Source of the DNA: a virus
Taxonomy: Duplodnaviria; Heunggongvirae; Uroviricota; Caudoviricetes
Length of the DNA stretch: 5,823 nucleotides
Direction: 5' to 3' (one strand)
Virus record (IMG/VR): IMGVR_UViG_2713896784_000012
Coordinates: 1 to 5,823 of that record
The number at the start of each line of letters is the position of its first letter. Position 1 is the stretch's first letter. Shown here piece by piece: positions 5,433 through 5,823 of this stretch. The notes beneath the pieces are model-generated. The model did no database searches. It was not told the origin of the DNA and saw only the letters and a program-made list of their open reading frames with translations. The position numbers and the translations under genes were made by a program.

Positions 5433-5751
5433 TGTCCTCTTTCAGCACCTGACGTTTTTCCCATCCGGAAATAAGGTCACCATCCAGAACCCGCCCCTGC
5501 ATTGCATGCAAAATTGAATCAATTACGTCTTCCGTCACATCAAGCGCACTTGCTAAATCTTCCGTCGTGACATCAATGTGACCACGTAGTGACACGCCGT
5601 GACATGTCGTGACATTTCGTGACGCGCTCACCAGAAGATGGATATACACTGCCATCACTGTTGCGATTGGCTGTCCTGATACCCTGGCAATCGTTCGCCA
5701 CTTGGGGTCATTTGGCATGTCATGCCACAATCTGAGCCAGGCATTAGCCAT
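5278..5751 (-). CDS. Replication initiator, N-terminal replisome-organizer (lambda O-like N-terminal) domain ORF
   Basis: MANAWLRLWHDMPNDPKWRTIARVSGQPIATVMAVYIHLL…GWEKRQVLKE… fits the recalled phage replisome-organizer N-terminal pattern. ATG 5751 with SD AGGTGA 3 nt upstream (the track start at 5757 is a GTG). Stop TAA at 5278-5280 lies at the edge of iteron array A. Confidence 0.7.
   Translation of the reverse strand: MANAWLRLWHDMPNDPKWRTIARVSGQPIATVMAVYIHLLVSASRNVTTCHGVSLRGHIDVTTEDLASALDVTEDVIDSILHAMQGRVLDGDLISGWEKRQVLKEDNGNVSQTAKSPAERKRAQREREKLRKHNADCHDESRRVTHLSRQVTTSHDR
5284..5342. repeat. Iteron-like direct repeat array A: six GTCGTGAC-type cores at 10-11 bp spacing (candidate origin iterons)
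   Basis: Cores at 5284, 5294, 5304, 5315 (tgcgtgac), 5325 and 5335 (atcgtgac); GTGAC is invariant and all copies share one orientation. Confidence 0.7.
5564..5623. repeat. Iteron-like direct repeat array B: six GTGAC-core repeats at 10-11 bp spacing
   Basis: Cores at 5564 (gtcgtgac), 5575 (aatgtgac), 5586 (gtagtgac), 5596 (gccgtgac), 5606 (gtcgtgac) and 5616 (ttcgtgac), same orientation as array A. An inverted GTCAC copy lies at 5534-5538. Confidence 0.65.
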
Positions 5752-5775
5752 ACTCACCTCTTCTGATACCGAACT

Positions 5776-5823
5776 TTACCCTCGAACATCCGGAAGAAAT
5801 CCGGCATGAATATTGTTGGTCAA
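5776..5823 (-). CDS. Possible 3' end of an upstream minus-strand gene entering from the right edge (…LTNNIHAGFLPDVRG, stop at 5776-5778)
   Basis: Only 15 codons are visible; the frame is open to the window edge. No identification possible. Confidence 0.2.
   Translation of the reverse strand: MTNNIHAGFLPDVRG

Noticed and set aside
5284-5623. Possibility that the GTGAC repeat arrays are a CRISPR array
   Set aside because: Repeat units are about 8 bp with 2-3 bp between them, with no spacers of CRISPR length, and they lie inside a protein-coding gene; the pattern is iteron-like.

Overview
This window reads as the early-right (replication plus nin-like) module of a lambdoid prophage from an enterobacterial, E. 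coli-like genome, with every supportable gene on the minus strand (transcribed from high to low coordinates). The order is: tail of an upstream gene; a replication initiator homologue (N-terminal replisome-organizer domain, C-terminal DnaT-like domain) with two embedded iteron-like repeat arrays; a lambda-P-like helicase loader; a protein with predicted winged-helix motifs; a translationally coupled trio (HTH protein, small basic protein, small highly acidic protein); an AT-rich small membrane-protein gene preceded by an SD-hairpin-start arrangement; a DUF551 protein; a 50-nt run of N (assembly gap); a YgiW/YdeI (BOF) periplasmic OB-fold cargo gene with its own terminator; and a long Cys/His-rich gene that runs off the left edge. 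No rRNA, tRNA or CRISPR array is supportable. The most notable signals are the iteron arrays with a reading-frame break exactly inside one of them, and the small-gene cassette between the P-like gene and DUF551, which is a candidate accessory (defence or anti-defence) locus. All functional calls come from motif recognition by eye and recalled family signatures; no database search was run.
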